A DNA stretch of 64,000 nucleotides from Octopus bimaculoides (GCF_001194135.2 NC_068984.1:83419430-83483429); one strand, 5' to 3'. Counted from the first letter of the stretch, positions 14,600-28,132 are shown. Numbers and translations are program-made. Notes: generated by a model from the sequence alone, not told the origin.

Positions 14600-14964
14600 G
14601 GTGGAGTAGAAATTCACCTGAAACTTCCGAAGAAAATTTTTTTTACTGTTGATGCACTCCCTTACGCTAATCAGCCCACGTCCATCTTTACACCTCTTCA
14701 TGTAAAGCCTGTGCACGTTCACGTTAGGGTGGAGCGCACCATGGAATGTCATCGTCTTTCGGGTTGTGCGATCGAATTGGTCAATCTTCGATCGTGTCCA
14801 TTTCAGGATGGGTACAATATAACGGACTACAGCAACAGCCTATATGTTGATGGTAATCACAAGGTCCCTTGAGTTGAGTTTTGATTTCCAGAGAAGTTTG
14901 AGGCACTTCAAGTATGCAGTGACGACCTTATCTGTCATTTCTCTGTGCAAGATATTGTCCAAGA

Positions 14965-14967
<3 letters not shown>
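14600..14967 (-). mobile_element. R4/Dong-clade non-LTR retrotransposon fragment (end of RT/thumb region)
   Basis: Minus translation LWKSKLNSRDLVITINI*AVAVVRYIVPILKW...TMTFHGALHPNVNVHRLYMKRCKDGRGLISVRECINS matches the R4-type RLY.PR..GGRGL motif. The 5' junction abuts a long (AAT)n tract. Confidence 0.8.

Positions 14968-15058
<91 letters not shown>
14968..15058 (+). repeat. (ATT)n microsatellite
   Basis: Read directly. Confidence 0.95.
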
Positions 15059-15065
15059 TTTATCT

Positions 15066-15294
15066 CTAAGGTGGTGAGTTGGTAGTATCGTTAGCACGTC
15101 GGGCGAAGTGCTTAGCAGTATTTCGTCTGTCGCTACGTTCTGAGTTCAAACTCCGCCGAGGTTGATTTTGCCTTTCATCCTTTCGGAGTCGATGAAATAA
15201 GTACCAGTTGAGTACTGGGGTCGATGTAATCGACTATCCACCTATCTCAAATTTCAGACCTTGTGCCTATAGTAGAAACGATTATTATTATTAT
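15066..15294 (+). mobile_element. SINE family B with (ATT)n tail
   Basis: aaggtggtgagttggtagtatcgttagcacgtcgggcgaa...gagttcaaactccgccgagg...ttgtgcctatagtagaaacgattattattattatt. Confidence 0.85.
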
Positions 15295-16019
15295 TTCTCT
15301 TTATCACAGGTTTTGTTGGAGCTCCTGGAGTGTTACATGCGTAGCGGGCTTGCTACCTGCAGCCTATGGTACCATGCTATCCATTCTTTTCAGCTATGTA
15401 ATAGTTTCCTGATTGATCTGGCCGTGCCAAGGAGGCAAACCTTTTGTAGCAGTTCTACTGGACACTCTATTCCAATTTCCTTTATATTCCCCTTGATGCC
15501 TTCTGATACTGTTCCCAACAATAATTGGCACTATCTTCACCTTCTTCATTTTCCATAGCCGGGCTATTTCGTACTTAAAAGGGTTGTATTTATCTATCTT
15601 TTCGCCTTCCTTCTTGCTTACTCGTGGGTCAAAGGGGCATGCAACATCAGCTATATAGCATATGTGGTGCATGTTATCCACCACCATTAGGTCCGTTCTG
15701 TTATGCTCTGGCATCTAATCTGTTTGGATTGGCAAATCCCAGAGGATTTTGCAAGTCTCCGACTCCGCCACTCCCTGCGGTTTATGCTCATACCATGTCT
15801 TGCCTCTCTCTAGCCTCAACTTTTCGCACAGTTTCCAATATAGCACTTTCGTCGCCTGATCGTGTCACCACAACTTGTAGTGGTTTTGGACAAGTCTTAG
15901 GCACTCGTTCGTGATATGGACAATGGTTTCATCCACTTTATTGCAGATGCGGCACAATGGAGGCACTTGCTCATTCCTAAGGTTGACCCTCCAGTTCGTG
16001 GCCAAAGTTTGGTCTTGCG

Positions 16020-16020
<1 letters not shown>
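15295..16020 (-). mobile_element. 5'-truncated R4/Dong-clade LINE (CCHC finger + restriction-like endonuclease + 3' end)
   Basis: QDQTLATNW...LCRICNKVDETIVHITNEC (CCHC), KILWD..IQTD, EHNRTDLMVVD...IADVACPFD...KIDKY (RLE). Bounded on both sides by (AAT)n on the element strand. Confidence 0.88.
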
Positions 16021-16072
<52 letters not shown>

Positions 16073-16269
16073 GTCATCATCATCGTCATCGTCATCATTA
16101 TTTCTATCGTGATACAGAGCGTCACCAATTTTAGAGAGGTCGGATATATTCGATTAAATCAACACCAAATTATAACATAGACAAAACATTCGCATGACAG
16201 ATACACGAACAACAAAATAAATATCATCATACTGAGTGAGTATAAAGTGTTTATAAAGCGTCTAAGTAT

Positions 16270-17900
16270 ACAACATGCAAAAGATATACAATGAAGAAGA
16301 AAGGAAATAACAAAGAAAACATCTATAAACCTCAAGTACGCTCCAGCATAACTAATGTGGAATCTAACAACACAATCAATCCGGTAACAACTGCAAGGCT
16401 TCTAGAATTAATAAAGTTCCCCAATTTCCGGTCAAAGTACTTAAACAGTATGTATGAAGCTGTAGTAACAGCATTCGATAAATTATTGTGGAGAATAGAA
16501 TCAACGCCCGGCCGGTTACAAGATGAGAACACAATAGCAATTCGGTTAATCAAAAACAATAGCCTGTTTACTGACAATATATAAAGCCTTGATATTTATA
16601 GTATCTGAAAAACCAGTTGCTCATCTAGAAGATAATAATGTCTTACCGGGGGAGATGAAAGAAAATCAGAAATAAAGAACGAAGAGATGTTACGAGGACC
16701 TGTTGCTAAACCGAACAGCTATTGAAAGAAAAGAATCTTAGATTGTTTACTGGAAAGCCTTCGAAAGCACACTATATTTCTAATAACGGAAATACTGTGC
16801 ACGAAAAAAGCAACCCCAATATTAAGATGGTATGTCAACCATTTTTAAAATAATATTTAATATGAAAAGTTTTTGAAGAAAGTTATTTACACGATTATTC
16901 GCCTAACAATTAATCCACCAACAAGTCTTTTGAACCAAATCACCAACGTTTATGAATATGGGCAGAGTATAAAATAACTCCTCCATATAAGTGATTTAAA
17001 ACTGTACACAAACGACAACATTCAGGTTAAGAACCTACTCAAAACTGTCCTCAGATTCAGAAGTGATATCACAATGCGTGGGGGACTAGACAATGGAGAA
17101 ACAAAATAAAACTCAAGTACTGAATTAGATTTAGAAACTGAAATCGGAAAATTAGAACAGAACCACGAATACGAGTAGTAACAGGTAAATTAAACAGATA
17201 TGGCATAACACACAAATGGAAGAGAACATTAGAGGAAAAGCGCTATAGAAGAGTCAATTTAATACTGAAACTCTGAACCTAATGTCAGAATAAAATTGTA
17301 TGCATAAACGCAGCAGCCATCCCATCCATAGACTGAATTAAGAAATGTAAGTTCTAGTTCCAGAAGATCAATGACACAAAGATCAGTTACACGCAAACTA
17401 ACAAAATAAGAAATAAAACAAGCACGCTAACTTCATATGTGTGCGATGTAATCAACTATGTAATCAACTTTTTTAAAAATCGACAATATTTCCGGATGCC
17501 CAATCTTCGTAAAGATGGAATGTAACCATAGACATTACCAGTTAAGCAGTTATTTCCATTGAGCAATATGTAGACACTTACTCATCAAAAACTGAAATAT
17601 ATTGTAAAACCGCACAGCGAATCCGGTATGTAGTTTAATGATATGGCTACTCTTCTGTGGGGCATGTCAATCCAGACTGACAAGGAAATCAAATCGAACA
17701 CACCAGATATCACAATCGAAGATGGAACGGAAACGATGCAATCTGATAGACGTCTCGATCTCTTCCGACCAAAACATCGCTCCAAGGGATGTTTAACATT
17801 TATCAAATTACAACCTCGAAATAGAAACAAGCAGCATGGCAGTAAAACCAGTTTTAATAACAACACTATACAATGGAGATTTTGTAAGTGGAATACAGGT
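16270..17900 (+). mobile_element. Heavily decayed R4/Dong-clade LINE (RT to RLE)
   Basis: Broken frames give KFPNFRSK...AFDKLL, DLLLNRTAIE, LLHISDLKLYT (degenerate YMDDLKLY), INAAAIP and LLWGMSIQTDKEIKSNTPDI. Confidence 0.65.
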
Positions 17901-17959
17901 GTTTCAACATAATATCAATACGCTGATTTCAAACATGTTATTTAAAATGATATATCACG

Positions 17960-20160
17960 TATAGATTTTTTCCTAATCTTCTCCTTCCGTCTCTGGGCAT
18001 TTTAGTGTAAACTGCATATAAAAATGTGCCTACACACATTTAATATCAAATCGATTCAGCTATGAAAATTGCATCATAGCTTTCTCCCTTTATCAAATAA
18101 AGGAGAGTACTATTGGGCAATAACATAGTAGTTTGATGTGCAATACGGTCAACTAGTGGCCGCGTGACAGTAAGCTTATACTTTGATACACTCTTCGTTA
18201 AAATGCTTGAATTAAATTAAATGGCCAGAGTATAATATATCTTAGAATGGTATTGCATTAGTGTAATGTCAACGAATAAATACTTTTGTGTAAATCACAC
18301 TAAGAGAGGTTTTGCTAAATATGTAGGAAGTATACATCTCTGTAAGAGCATAGAAACATACATACAGCAATGAAAATGAAACTTGTCATTAAAGTTGTAA
18401 AGAACAAAAAGTAGATTCGGGTACCACATATATGTTGTACGCAGTGAATGCTAAACAGAAGGCATTTCCTGTTCTCATGATTTGGAATAAGACTAAGATC
18501 ACCGTGATGATTGTTTTCTACAAAACGAAGATATTAGGTTTTTGCAAAGTAAAATATATTTAAATTCAAGCATCGAGACTGAATCAGCCTTGATAGCTAT
18601 ACCATGTGATAAAACATATCTTTTGCCAGTTCCGTCTAATGCAGAGCAGGTTATTTTCAAGAATCTAGTAATGATAGTGACAGTGAACTCAGCAATCCAC
18701 CTGACCCAGACGAAAATAATCTCCATATCTATTAAGCTAAGATTTAAACGATCGAGTGAGAAGTTGACAAAGAAAACGTCAGTTACTTGGTTTCAAATTA
18801 CAGGAATAACCACAATTTCATATTTTTTTAATATGGCCATTTGAGATTTTCAGTGTTTTAATCAATAAAAAAATAGTTTTCCTTTTTTTTTTAGTATTTT
18901 TCTCAAGAGTTTATAGCCTAATGCACGAGATCTGAATGCGCGTAGTTTCCACTAATTTTAGTAATGTTAATCTTAAAGACAAAAACAAGAAGATTTCAAT
19001 AATTGTAGTGTAGCTGAAGTAAGTATCAGTATTGGAACATTTGTGGCTCCCTGAAAGTTATTTCAGCACTTGTGAAGTCTACAGCTTGGATACACAAAAC
19101 ATTTGTGACATTGTGTTTATGGGCTAGCAGGGATGTTAAGAATCGCTATAAAAACGTGACTGCGCTCTCACTAGATAAGAAAGTGTAGTTTGAAAATAGA
19201 TTATATAACTAAGGACATTACGAAAGAGTATATCTTCCACCTCTCCATATCAAGTTCGAGCTTATAAACAAGTTTGGAATAAGCAAGGGTCATCATGGAA
19301 GGTGATTTTAACATCTGAAAACATAATTCAGTGGTATTTAAACAGATGCCAAAACAGGTTGGAATTTTCACTGGTCCATATATTCGTATCATCAACGATC
19401 ATCCTTCCCGAAACTCAATAAGAGTTTCGGGAATAATATAGCTAACATAACTTCTGTAGAGGTCACTAAAGGCTTCCTGGAAGAACTACTGTTAGCTCAA
19501 GAGCGACCTGTTGAATGCATATGAAATATTGAGTTGCAGGATGTCTCTTAATATACATATTTTGAATTCAGATATCGACTTGCATCCCACCCCCACACGC
19601 ACACATACCTCCGAATTTTATTGCAATAAGTAACGAGCACGGTGAATGTTTCCATTAAGATATCTCTGTTATGGAAAGTATATACGAAAGCAAGTTCAAC
19701 TCAGATATGATGGGTAATTATGGCTGGTTTATATTACGAGACTGATCTGAATCTCTTAACACGAAATAGAATAACACAGTATATTTCGCTGTACAATAAG
19801 TACTTACAATAACAGAGGAAATTCTAGCAATAACTTCATGTACTTAAGATGGATGCTAAGGTGCATGGGTGGTAATTTTCTCAGTGAATATTTACTTTGT
19901 CATAAGCCATTGTAAAGGAGGAAGGATACACCTGTTTAACGTCTCTTCTATGTAGCTAACACTATTTTTAAAAGGAAACTTTGAAATGTGGCTAGCACTA
20001 TCTAAATTTTAAGGATAGCATGAAGAGGAATATTGTGAAGCAAAACCTAGTTGTGATGGCGAAATATGGATTTCAGGCCTGAATTTAGAATCGCTAAATT
20101 GTAAGAAATTGGTATTTCTCTTTCCGGCAACATTTATAATTTGTTGCATAATGTAATTGG
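17960..20160 (+). mobile_element. Decayed DNA transposon, probably Sola-type
   Basis: Fragments in conserved order: VPHICC, FPVLMIW...DHRDDC, WNICGSLKVI, LQLGYTK..LCLWASRD, YLPPLHIK, GIFTGPYIR, LSCRMSLNIH, NEHGECFH*DISVME...MMGNYGW. The superfamily label comes from memory of these motifs. Confidence 0.75.
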
Positions 20161-20507
20161 TGTAGTTGATCTGATAAGAAATAGAAAATTGACCAAAACA
20201 AGCAGCATACCAGGACTTACAACTTTACAAAGATAACAATATAAAGCTATATTAGGGAACAGTAGACATTCTATGTAAGACATTCTCAATTTCGAAACAC
20301 CACCCTAACAACACCCATCTCACGTATTACCCTTTTAATACAGTGATACAATTTACACAGTAAATAATCACTCACTTCATACTGTAGAAGCTTTAATCAC
20401 AAACAAGAGCAAACACCAGAAAGAGAAAGCACAAGGAACTATAAATCTTAAAACAGCAAATTAGGTGTAACGCAAACACTTTTCCTCTCCCTGAAAAACA
20501 AAAGCTG

Positions 20508-20559
<52 letters not shown>

Positions 20560-20561
20560 TA

Positions 20562-20592
<31 letters not shown>

Positions 20593-21109
20593 GTGCACAA
20601 ACACACACGCACACACACACAAACACGCACGCACACTTAACGCGGAACATTCACGTGCACCTGGTGTTGTAGAGGAATACGTTACTTTCAATAAGTCGCC
20701 TTCAAAAGGTAATGTTGAAAATTAGCCTTATCTAATTGTCTTTACTTCAAAGTCAATCAGAACCTTGACAAATAACCCATGATGCCCAAACAATTAAACT
20801 TACTTTTTTACTACGACGGAGCCTCTATGCATTCGTTCGATATGCTAATAATCGCAACCAGATTTTTTTTTTTTTTTGACATCCTACAACATCATGGATG
20901 ATAGAATTAATCCGTCGCCTGGTAGAAAACCATTTGGTCTTTGGATACTTTTAGCTGTGTTCATGCTATTACAAACATAGAGGTCATTGCAACAGTTTGA
21001 GGATAGCATCATTCGTCCCACTAGACTCAGAGGATCTGAAAAACTAACAGATTATGAGTGTTGCCCTTCCCTACATAACTAAACAATAAAAATAGAAAAC
21101 AGAAGGACA

Positions 21110-21875
21110 CAAAACAAGCAAAATGGATCAAGCAGACTGCAAAAGAGAACAGGCAGAAACAAATTGAGGAGCGGTGGAGCCAGCCACCTCTGCATGGACA
21201 GTACATACTTCGAAGTCCAAATGTTGATGTAGACCAAGCAACAATCCATCAGTGGTTGAGACGTTCAGGACTGAAATCAGAGACTGAAAGTTTCTTATTG
21301 GCGGCACAAGATCAAAGCTCGCTTGCAAAAAACTACCAGGTTAACGTTCTTCAAAACGGTTCTGACCCTAAATGCAGATACTGTGACACATTGACTAAAC
21401 AATAGACCATCTCGTCTCGGGATGTCCTGTTCTGACACCAAACGAATTCAAAAATCACCACGATAGGGTAGGACAGCATTTACATTGGAAAATATGTAAA
21501 CACTACAAAATCAGCACTCCTGTTTACTGGTATGAACATCATCCTGAGCCAGTCGTTGAAAGTAAAAATGTCACTATCCTCTGGGATTTCCCAGGTATGA
21601 TAAAAAAAAATAGGTATGTCAGAAACATTTAGATAACATTCCAGGAGAACCATGTCTCAGAGAAATCCAAAAGATTGTACTGACAAGTACTGCCCACGTC
21701 CTTAGAAAAACCCTATCTATTTAAATGTTTATGCTGTATTACATGAAGATATTTCGCGACTTCCCCTCTCCAAGCTTTCAGTCATACTGTAACATCTCTT
21801 ATCCTTCACTTGCCCCAGGACGCTGTGTGTGTCTCGGCAAGTGACTGTAACAAACATGCAGATTAAAGGTAAAAT
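21110..21875 (+). mobile_element. R4/Dong-clade LINE 3' end (second subfamily)
   Basis: WLRRSGLKSETESFL..AQDQ, DPKCRYC, HLVSGCPVL...HDRVGQHLHWKICKHY...WYEHHPEPVVES..VTILWDFP and C-terminus EIQKIVLTSTAHVLRKTLSI* (stop ~21724). A 3' UTR follows and ends in (CAA)n(TAA)n. Confidence 0.85.
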
Positions 21876-21904
21876 GCAACAACAACAACAACAACAATAA
21901 CAAC

Positions 21905-21966
<62 letters not shown>

Positions 21967-22270
21967 TAATAATAAAAAATAAACTCATGCCGACACCACA
22001 CCAGTATTATTAAAACAACCATCATCACTACGCTATTGTCGGCACAGTCACCATCGTCATACCACAGGCATTTTTCATTATGATACCGCTGCCATGACCT
22101 TCATCACCACCACCACCACAACCTCGACCTTCATCTCAATCACCACCACCACCTCCAAGCACCACTACCATTCACACTACTATCATCAACCACTTTGTTA
22201 ACCTCAAGAAATTTTAAGGTTAAGTTTGCTGTTTAGCATGGAAAGTTGCCAGAAATATTTGGGTGTTGGT

Positions 22271-22420
<150 letters not shown>

Positions 22421-23347
22421 CTGTTTTTCTTGTTGTTATAGCGGCAGCTGCTGCAGTAGAAGCTGTAACTGTAATGGCGGCGGTGGCGGCAGTAGTAGAG
22501 GTGTAGGGAGAGGAATATAAGCGAGTGTGACGATGTCAGTTATTACTGTTTAACCACAAGTCATGCTTGACTAAACAGACTGATGGTTAGGAGTCTGCTT
22601 AGAGGTCTACCAGCCGTGACCACCTCATCGTTTTGGAAGTATGTAATACTATTTTGTTCAATGTGTCCTTACTGGCTTAAGTTGGTCGGGTGTTGATTTG
22701 AGAGTATTTGGCAGCTGTTTCTAGTAGACTGAGCAATCATGTAGAATTGTTCATTAACTCCTTCGTTAGTTTAACGGGGATGCTGCTGCTGGTGGTGGTG
22801 GTACCAGTAGAGAAAATGTTGGAGGTGAGTAGTAGTAATGGCAGATGTAGCGTTGATAATGATAGCAATGCTGGGGCTGATGTCAGCAGTAATGGTTGTG
22901 AAGGTAGTGGGTGTGGTGGTGACAGCAGTGATGGGGGTGGCATCAAGGGTGTGCACAGATTATGCAGAAAATACTTAGCATCATGCAAGTATTTTTCTGA
23001 TGTCTCGTCTGACTGTAACCTTTTCTATCTCAGAAACAGCTGGTAGGGCGTCTGCATGGGAGTGTGAAGGAAACAGTGAGTGAGTTTCTGTGTGTATTTG
23101 TGTATGTGATTTGTTGTTTTGAATGCTCACACCTGACCTGGTTTGCTGAGGTGACTCCTTGGATTATAAATGGAGAAGCACAGTACGCTATTGGCCAAAA
23201 TAACTCGAACATTCCCTTACAGTATGCATAGCTGTAACAATATTGTCTGGCGCTACTGAGAACAGGTGATAAAAGGGCTATGACTTTACAGTCGGCTGCT
23301 GATGTAGGAAATACCCTGAAGTGAATGGTGTAAAACACACACATACA

Positions 23348-23382
<35 letters not shown>

Positions 23383-24299
23383 NNNNNNNNNNNNNNNNNN
23401 NNNNNNNNNNNNNNNNNNNNNNNNNNNNNNNNNNNNNNNNNNNNNNNNNNNNNNNNNNNNNNNNNNNNNNNNNNNNNNNNNNNNNNNNNNNNNNNNNNNN
23501 NNNNNNNNNNNNNNNNNNNNNNNNNNNNNNNNNNNNNNNNNNNNNNNNNNNNNNNNNNNNNNNNNNNNNNNNNNNNNNNNNNNNNNNNNNNNNNNNNNNN
23601 NNNNNNNNNNNNNNNNNNNNNNNNNNNNNNNNNNNNNNNNNNNNNNNNNNNNNNNNNNNNNNNNNNNNNNNNNNNNNNNNNNNNNNNNNNNNNNNNNNNN
23701 NNNNNNNNNNNNNNNNNNNNNNNNNNNNNNNNNNNNNNNNNNNNNNNNNNNNNNNNNNNNNNNNNNNNNNNNNNNNNNNNNNNNNNNNNNNNNNNNNNNN
23801 GTGTGTGTGTGTGTGTGTGTGTGTGCGCGTGTGTGTGCATATATATATATGCGCGGTGGGGTGTATTTACGTTTGTAACGAACTGGACTGGAACAATGCG
23901 TATTCAAATGCGTATTCAAAATATGGGGAGTAGATACAATTTTTTAATAATATTTATGTTAAATTTTAGAAACTTAAGGTTTCATTCTGATGTAAATCAG
24001 CACTGCTTGTAACAGAATTCAAATTGCAAATGGCATTCTGCCACTATTGGTGACGAAAGTGTGCATATATATGTGTGTTTGTGCGCGTGTGCATGAGTGT
24101 GTGTGCGTGCGTGTGTGTATGTGTGTGTGCGTGTGTGCGCGTGTGGGGTTATATATATATGTGTGTGTGTGTGTGTATATACATGTATATGTATATGTAT
24201 GTATATCTATATGTATGTGTTTATTATAAACATATGTCTCAATAACATACATGTAAAAGTCTGTAAAAATGACAGTAATTATTATTATTTTTTACTTCT

Positions 24300-25185
24300 G
24301 CAGTGGGCTGGCAGAATCACTAGCACGTCGAATAAAATGCTCCGTGACATTTTTCCCAGCTTTAGGTTTCTAGTTCAAATAACACTGAGGTTGATTTTTG
24401 TCTATTATCCTTTCGGGTTGATAAAATAAGTAACAGTTGAACACTGGGGTTGATGTAAGTGACTTACCCTCTTCCCCGAAATTGTCAATAGTAGTAGTAG
24501 TAATAGTCATCGTCGTCGTCGTCGTAGTAGTAGTAGTAGTAGTAGTTGGTGAGTCAGCAGAATCATTTACGCAACGGACAAAATGCTTCGCGACATTTCT
24601 TTCGGCTCTGTATCTTTACGTTCTGAGTTCAAATCCAGCTAAGATCAACTTTACCATTCATTCTTTCGGGGTCGATAGAATAAGTATCAGTTATTGCTGC
24701 CCTTCAGCCAAAATTTAAAGTCATTATTATCATCATCATCATCATCATTATATGGTCAGCCTGGGAGAGAATTCTGAGCGGTATTTCTTCCGGATATTTA
24801 TGTTCTGGTTTCAAATCCCGCCTATGTCAACTTCGTTTTTCATCTTTTGGGGTCAATAAAAAAAGAAGTAGCAGTCAAGTATTGCGGTCGCTTTCGACAA
24901 ACACCTTTCCTTCAAAATTTCTTATCTGGAATTTGAAACCATTATTACAGGCATCAAGCTGGCAAAATCGTTAGAGCGTCGATGAAAATGCTTAATGGAA
25001 GAATTTCTTCGGACTCTTTATGTTCTATGTTCATATTCCGCTGAGCCTAACTTTACTCATCATTTTTTGGGGGGTCAATAAAATAAGTAACAGTTGAGCT
25101 TTGGGTTTGATGTGATCGACTATCACTCTCTGTCTTATAATTACTGGCCTTAAGCCAAAATTAAAAAGAATTAAAATCATTATCA
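24300..25185 (+). mobile_element. Cluster of four head-to-tail SINE family B copies
   Basis: Copies at ~24300-24487, 24547-24730, 24752-24947 and 24949-25185. Each has a ttc(aa)at B-box-like segment and a gggtc(g/a)ataaaa core; heads are ctggcagaatc-like (decayed in the third). Separated by (AGT/CGT)n, (ATC)n and (ATT)n. Confidence 0.8.
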
Positions 25186-25287
25186 TCAATGCCTACAAGC
25201 CTGTTGATAAATGCCAAAAGATAAAATTAAAATCTGATAGATGTACATACAATCGAATACCTATATATATACAGGCATACATATGTG

Positions 25288-25353
<66 letters not shown>

Positions 25354-26383
25354 NNNNNNNNNNNNNNNNNNNNNNNNNNNNNNNNNNNNNNNNNNNNNNN
25401 NNNNNNNNNNNNNNNNNNNNNNNNNNNNNNNNNNNNNNNNNNNNNNNNNNNNNNNNNNNNNNNNNNNNNNNNNNNNNNNNNNNNNNNNNNNNNNNNNNNN
25501 NNNNNNNNNNNNNNNNNNNNNNNNNNNNNNNNNNNNNNNNNNNNNNNNNNNNNNNNNNNNNNNNNNNNNNNNNNNNNNNNNNNNNNNNNNNNNNNNNNNN
25601 NNNNNNNNNNNNNNNNNNNNNNNNNNNNNNNNNNNNNNNNNNNNNNNNNNNNNNNNNNNNNNNNNNNNNNNNNNNNNNNNNNNNNNNNNNNNNNNNNNNN
25701 NNNNNNNNNNNNNNNNNNNNNNNNNNNNNNNNNNNNNNNNNNNNNNNNNNNNNNNNNNNNNNNNNNNNNNNNNNNNNNNNNNNNNNNNNNNNNNNNNNNN
25801 NNNNNNNNNNNNNNNNNNNNNNNNNNNNNNNNNNNNNNNNNNNNNNNNNNNNNNNNNNNNNNNNNNNNNNNNNNNNNNNNNNNNNNNNNNNNNNNNNNNN
25901 NNNNNNNNNNNNNNNNNNNNNNNNNNNNNNNNNNNNNNNNNNNNNNNNNNNNNNNNNNNNNNNNNNNNNNNNNNNNNNNNNNNNNNNNNNNNNNNNNNNN
26001 NNNNNNNNNNNNNNNNNNNNNNNNNNNNNNNNNNNNNNNNNNNNNNNNNNNNNNNNNNNNNNNNNNNNNNNNNNNNNNNNNNNNNNNNNNNNNNNNNNNN
26101 NNNNNATGGAGGAATGTAGTGGCGGACAAAAAATAAGACAGGAAAACAAACAGAAAAGGCTTTACGGCCAGACGAGAAAAATTATGTGTGTAAGAACGCG
26201 ATGAGGCACGGACCCGAGAGGGACAAAGTGGTGCGTGCGTTGCTTGGCGAAAGCCAAGGAAGGAAAGGATTATTGACCGGAAGCATGTGACCATGCCGGT
26301 GTAAAGGGAAGAGAGAGAAACAGAGGGAGGAAGTAGAAGAATAGGTGAGCAACGAGAGGAAAAGAGAAAGAGAGGAAAAACGA

Positions 26384-26416
<33 letters not shown>

Positions 26417-26968
26417 TATATGCATGTATGGCGTATTTACATAAGATGCAGAAAAAACAGTGTAGCAATCATATAGGCATGGATCTGTGCGTGTGTGTGT
26501 GTGTGTAAGTGTGTGTGCGAGTCTGTGTGAGTTTCAAGAGATGTGGGCGCGTAATGTGTCTGCATTTATATCTTATATACTCTTTTTTCTACAAGAGAGA
26601 GGGAACATGTCTGAGTTTGTTTTATACTGTCCAACCCCACCCCACCCCCACCACCAGAACACTATTACATTTAGTTACAAACACTACAAAAAACATGCAT
26701 GCACACAAACGCACAAAGTCATACTTTCTGTCAGTCTATTTCTGTCCCTTTCATTCGGCACACAGACATACAAACACACACACACACACAAACTCACAGA
26801 TGCACATACACATACACACATGCACACTCACAGATGCACGCACAGACATATCTTTGCGTGCAAGCATATAAGTATATATGTGTGTGTGTGAGTGTGTGTG
26901 CGTGTGTGTGTATACTTCCATATATGCATACATACATGCATGCATGCATACATACATACATACATACA

Positions 26969-27000
<32 letters not shown>

Positions 27001-27755
27001 CGTACGTCTCAAATTTCAGTAATATGTAATAGAAAATACATTCCGTTCCGCAAGATCTTCTTTAGTTAATATATTTCAAAATAAACGTACGTATTAAATG
27101 CTTTCAAAATATTAGTTGGTTTGACTAATATATNNNNNNNNNNNNNNNNNNNNNNNNNNNNNNNNNNNNNNNNNNNNNNNNNNNNNNNNNNNNNNNNNNN
27201 NNNNNNNNNNNNNNNNNNNNNNNNNNNNNNNNNNNNNNNNNNNNNNNNNNNNNNNNNNNNNNNNNNNNNNNNNNNNNNNNNNNNNNNNNNNNNNNNNNNN
27301 NNNNNNNNNNNNNNNNNNNNNNNNNNNNNNNNNNNNNNNNNNNNNNNNNNNNNNNNNNNNNNNNNNNNNNNNNNNNNNNNNNNNNNNNNNNNNNNNNNNN
27401 NNNNNNNNNNNNNNNNNNNNNNNNNNNNNNNNNNNNNNNNNNNNNNNNNNNNNNNNNNNNNNNNNNNNNNNNNNNNNNNNNNNNNNNNNNNNNNNNNNNN
27501 NNNNNTTATATGTATATACACATACACACTTGTATGGTGGATGTCAACCCGTGACCGAGTATGATCACTTCCTAAAGTCCGCACAAATGTATCGAGACCT
27601 CAAGAATTTCTTGTGCGTGAATTTGTTTTGAGTGGATAAAGGGTTGTGCTGCACGGAACCCTCTTTTTAACAGCGCAGTCAGCTATACATATACAAATGT
27701 ATATCTATATTTATATGCGCGCGCGCCCACACACACACACACACACATACATACC

Positions 27756-28132
27756 GTTGTTGTTGGCACTCCGTCGCTTACGACGTCGAGGGTTCCAGTT
27801 GATCCGATCAACGGAACCGCCTGCTCGTGAAGTTAACGTGAGCACTACACAGACACGTGTACCCTTAACGTAGTTCTCGGGGATATTCAGCGTGACACAG
27901 TGTGACAAGGCTGACCCTTTGAATTACAGGCACAACAGAAACAGGAAGTAAGAGCGAGAGAAAGTTGTGGTGAAAGAGTACAGCAGGGTTCGCCACCATT
28001 CTCTGCCGGAGCCTCGTGGAGCTTTAGATGTTTTCGCTCAATAAACACTCACAACGCCCGGTCTGGGAATCGAAACCGTGATCCTATGACCGCGAGTCCG
28101 CTGCCCTAACCACTTGGCCATTGCGCCTCCAC
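27756..28132 (-). mobile_element. Young tRNA-derived SINE family C
   Basis: Near-identical to 50318-50676. Head tggaggcgcaatggccaagtggttagggcagcggactcgcg, B-box ggtttcgattccc, 3' tail gagtgccaacaacaac. Confidence 0.9.

Noticed and set aside
20393-20490. Strong minus-strand acceptor (ttttgtttttcag) as possible claudin exon 2
   Set aside because: The phase-1 frame gives [14 protein letters not shown]...* with an early stop and no resemblance to claudin TM2.
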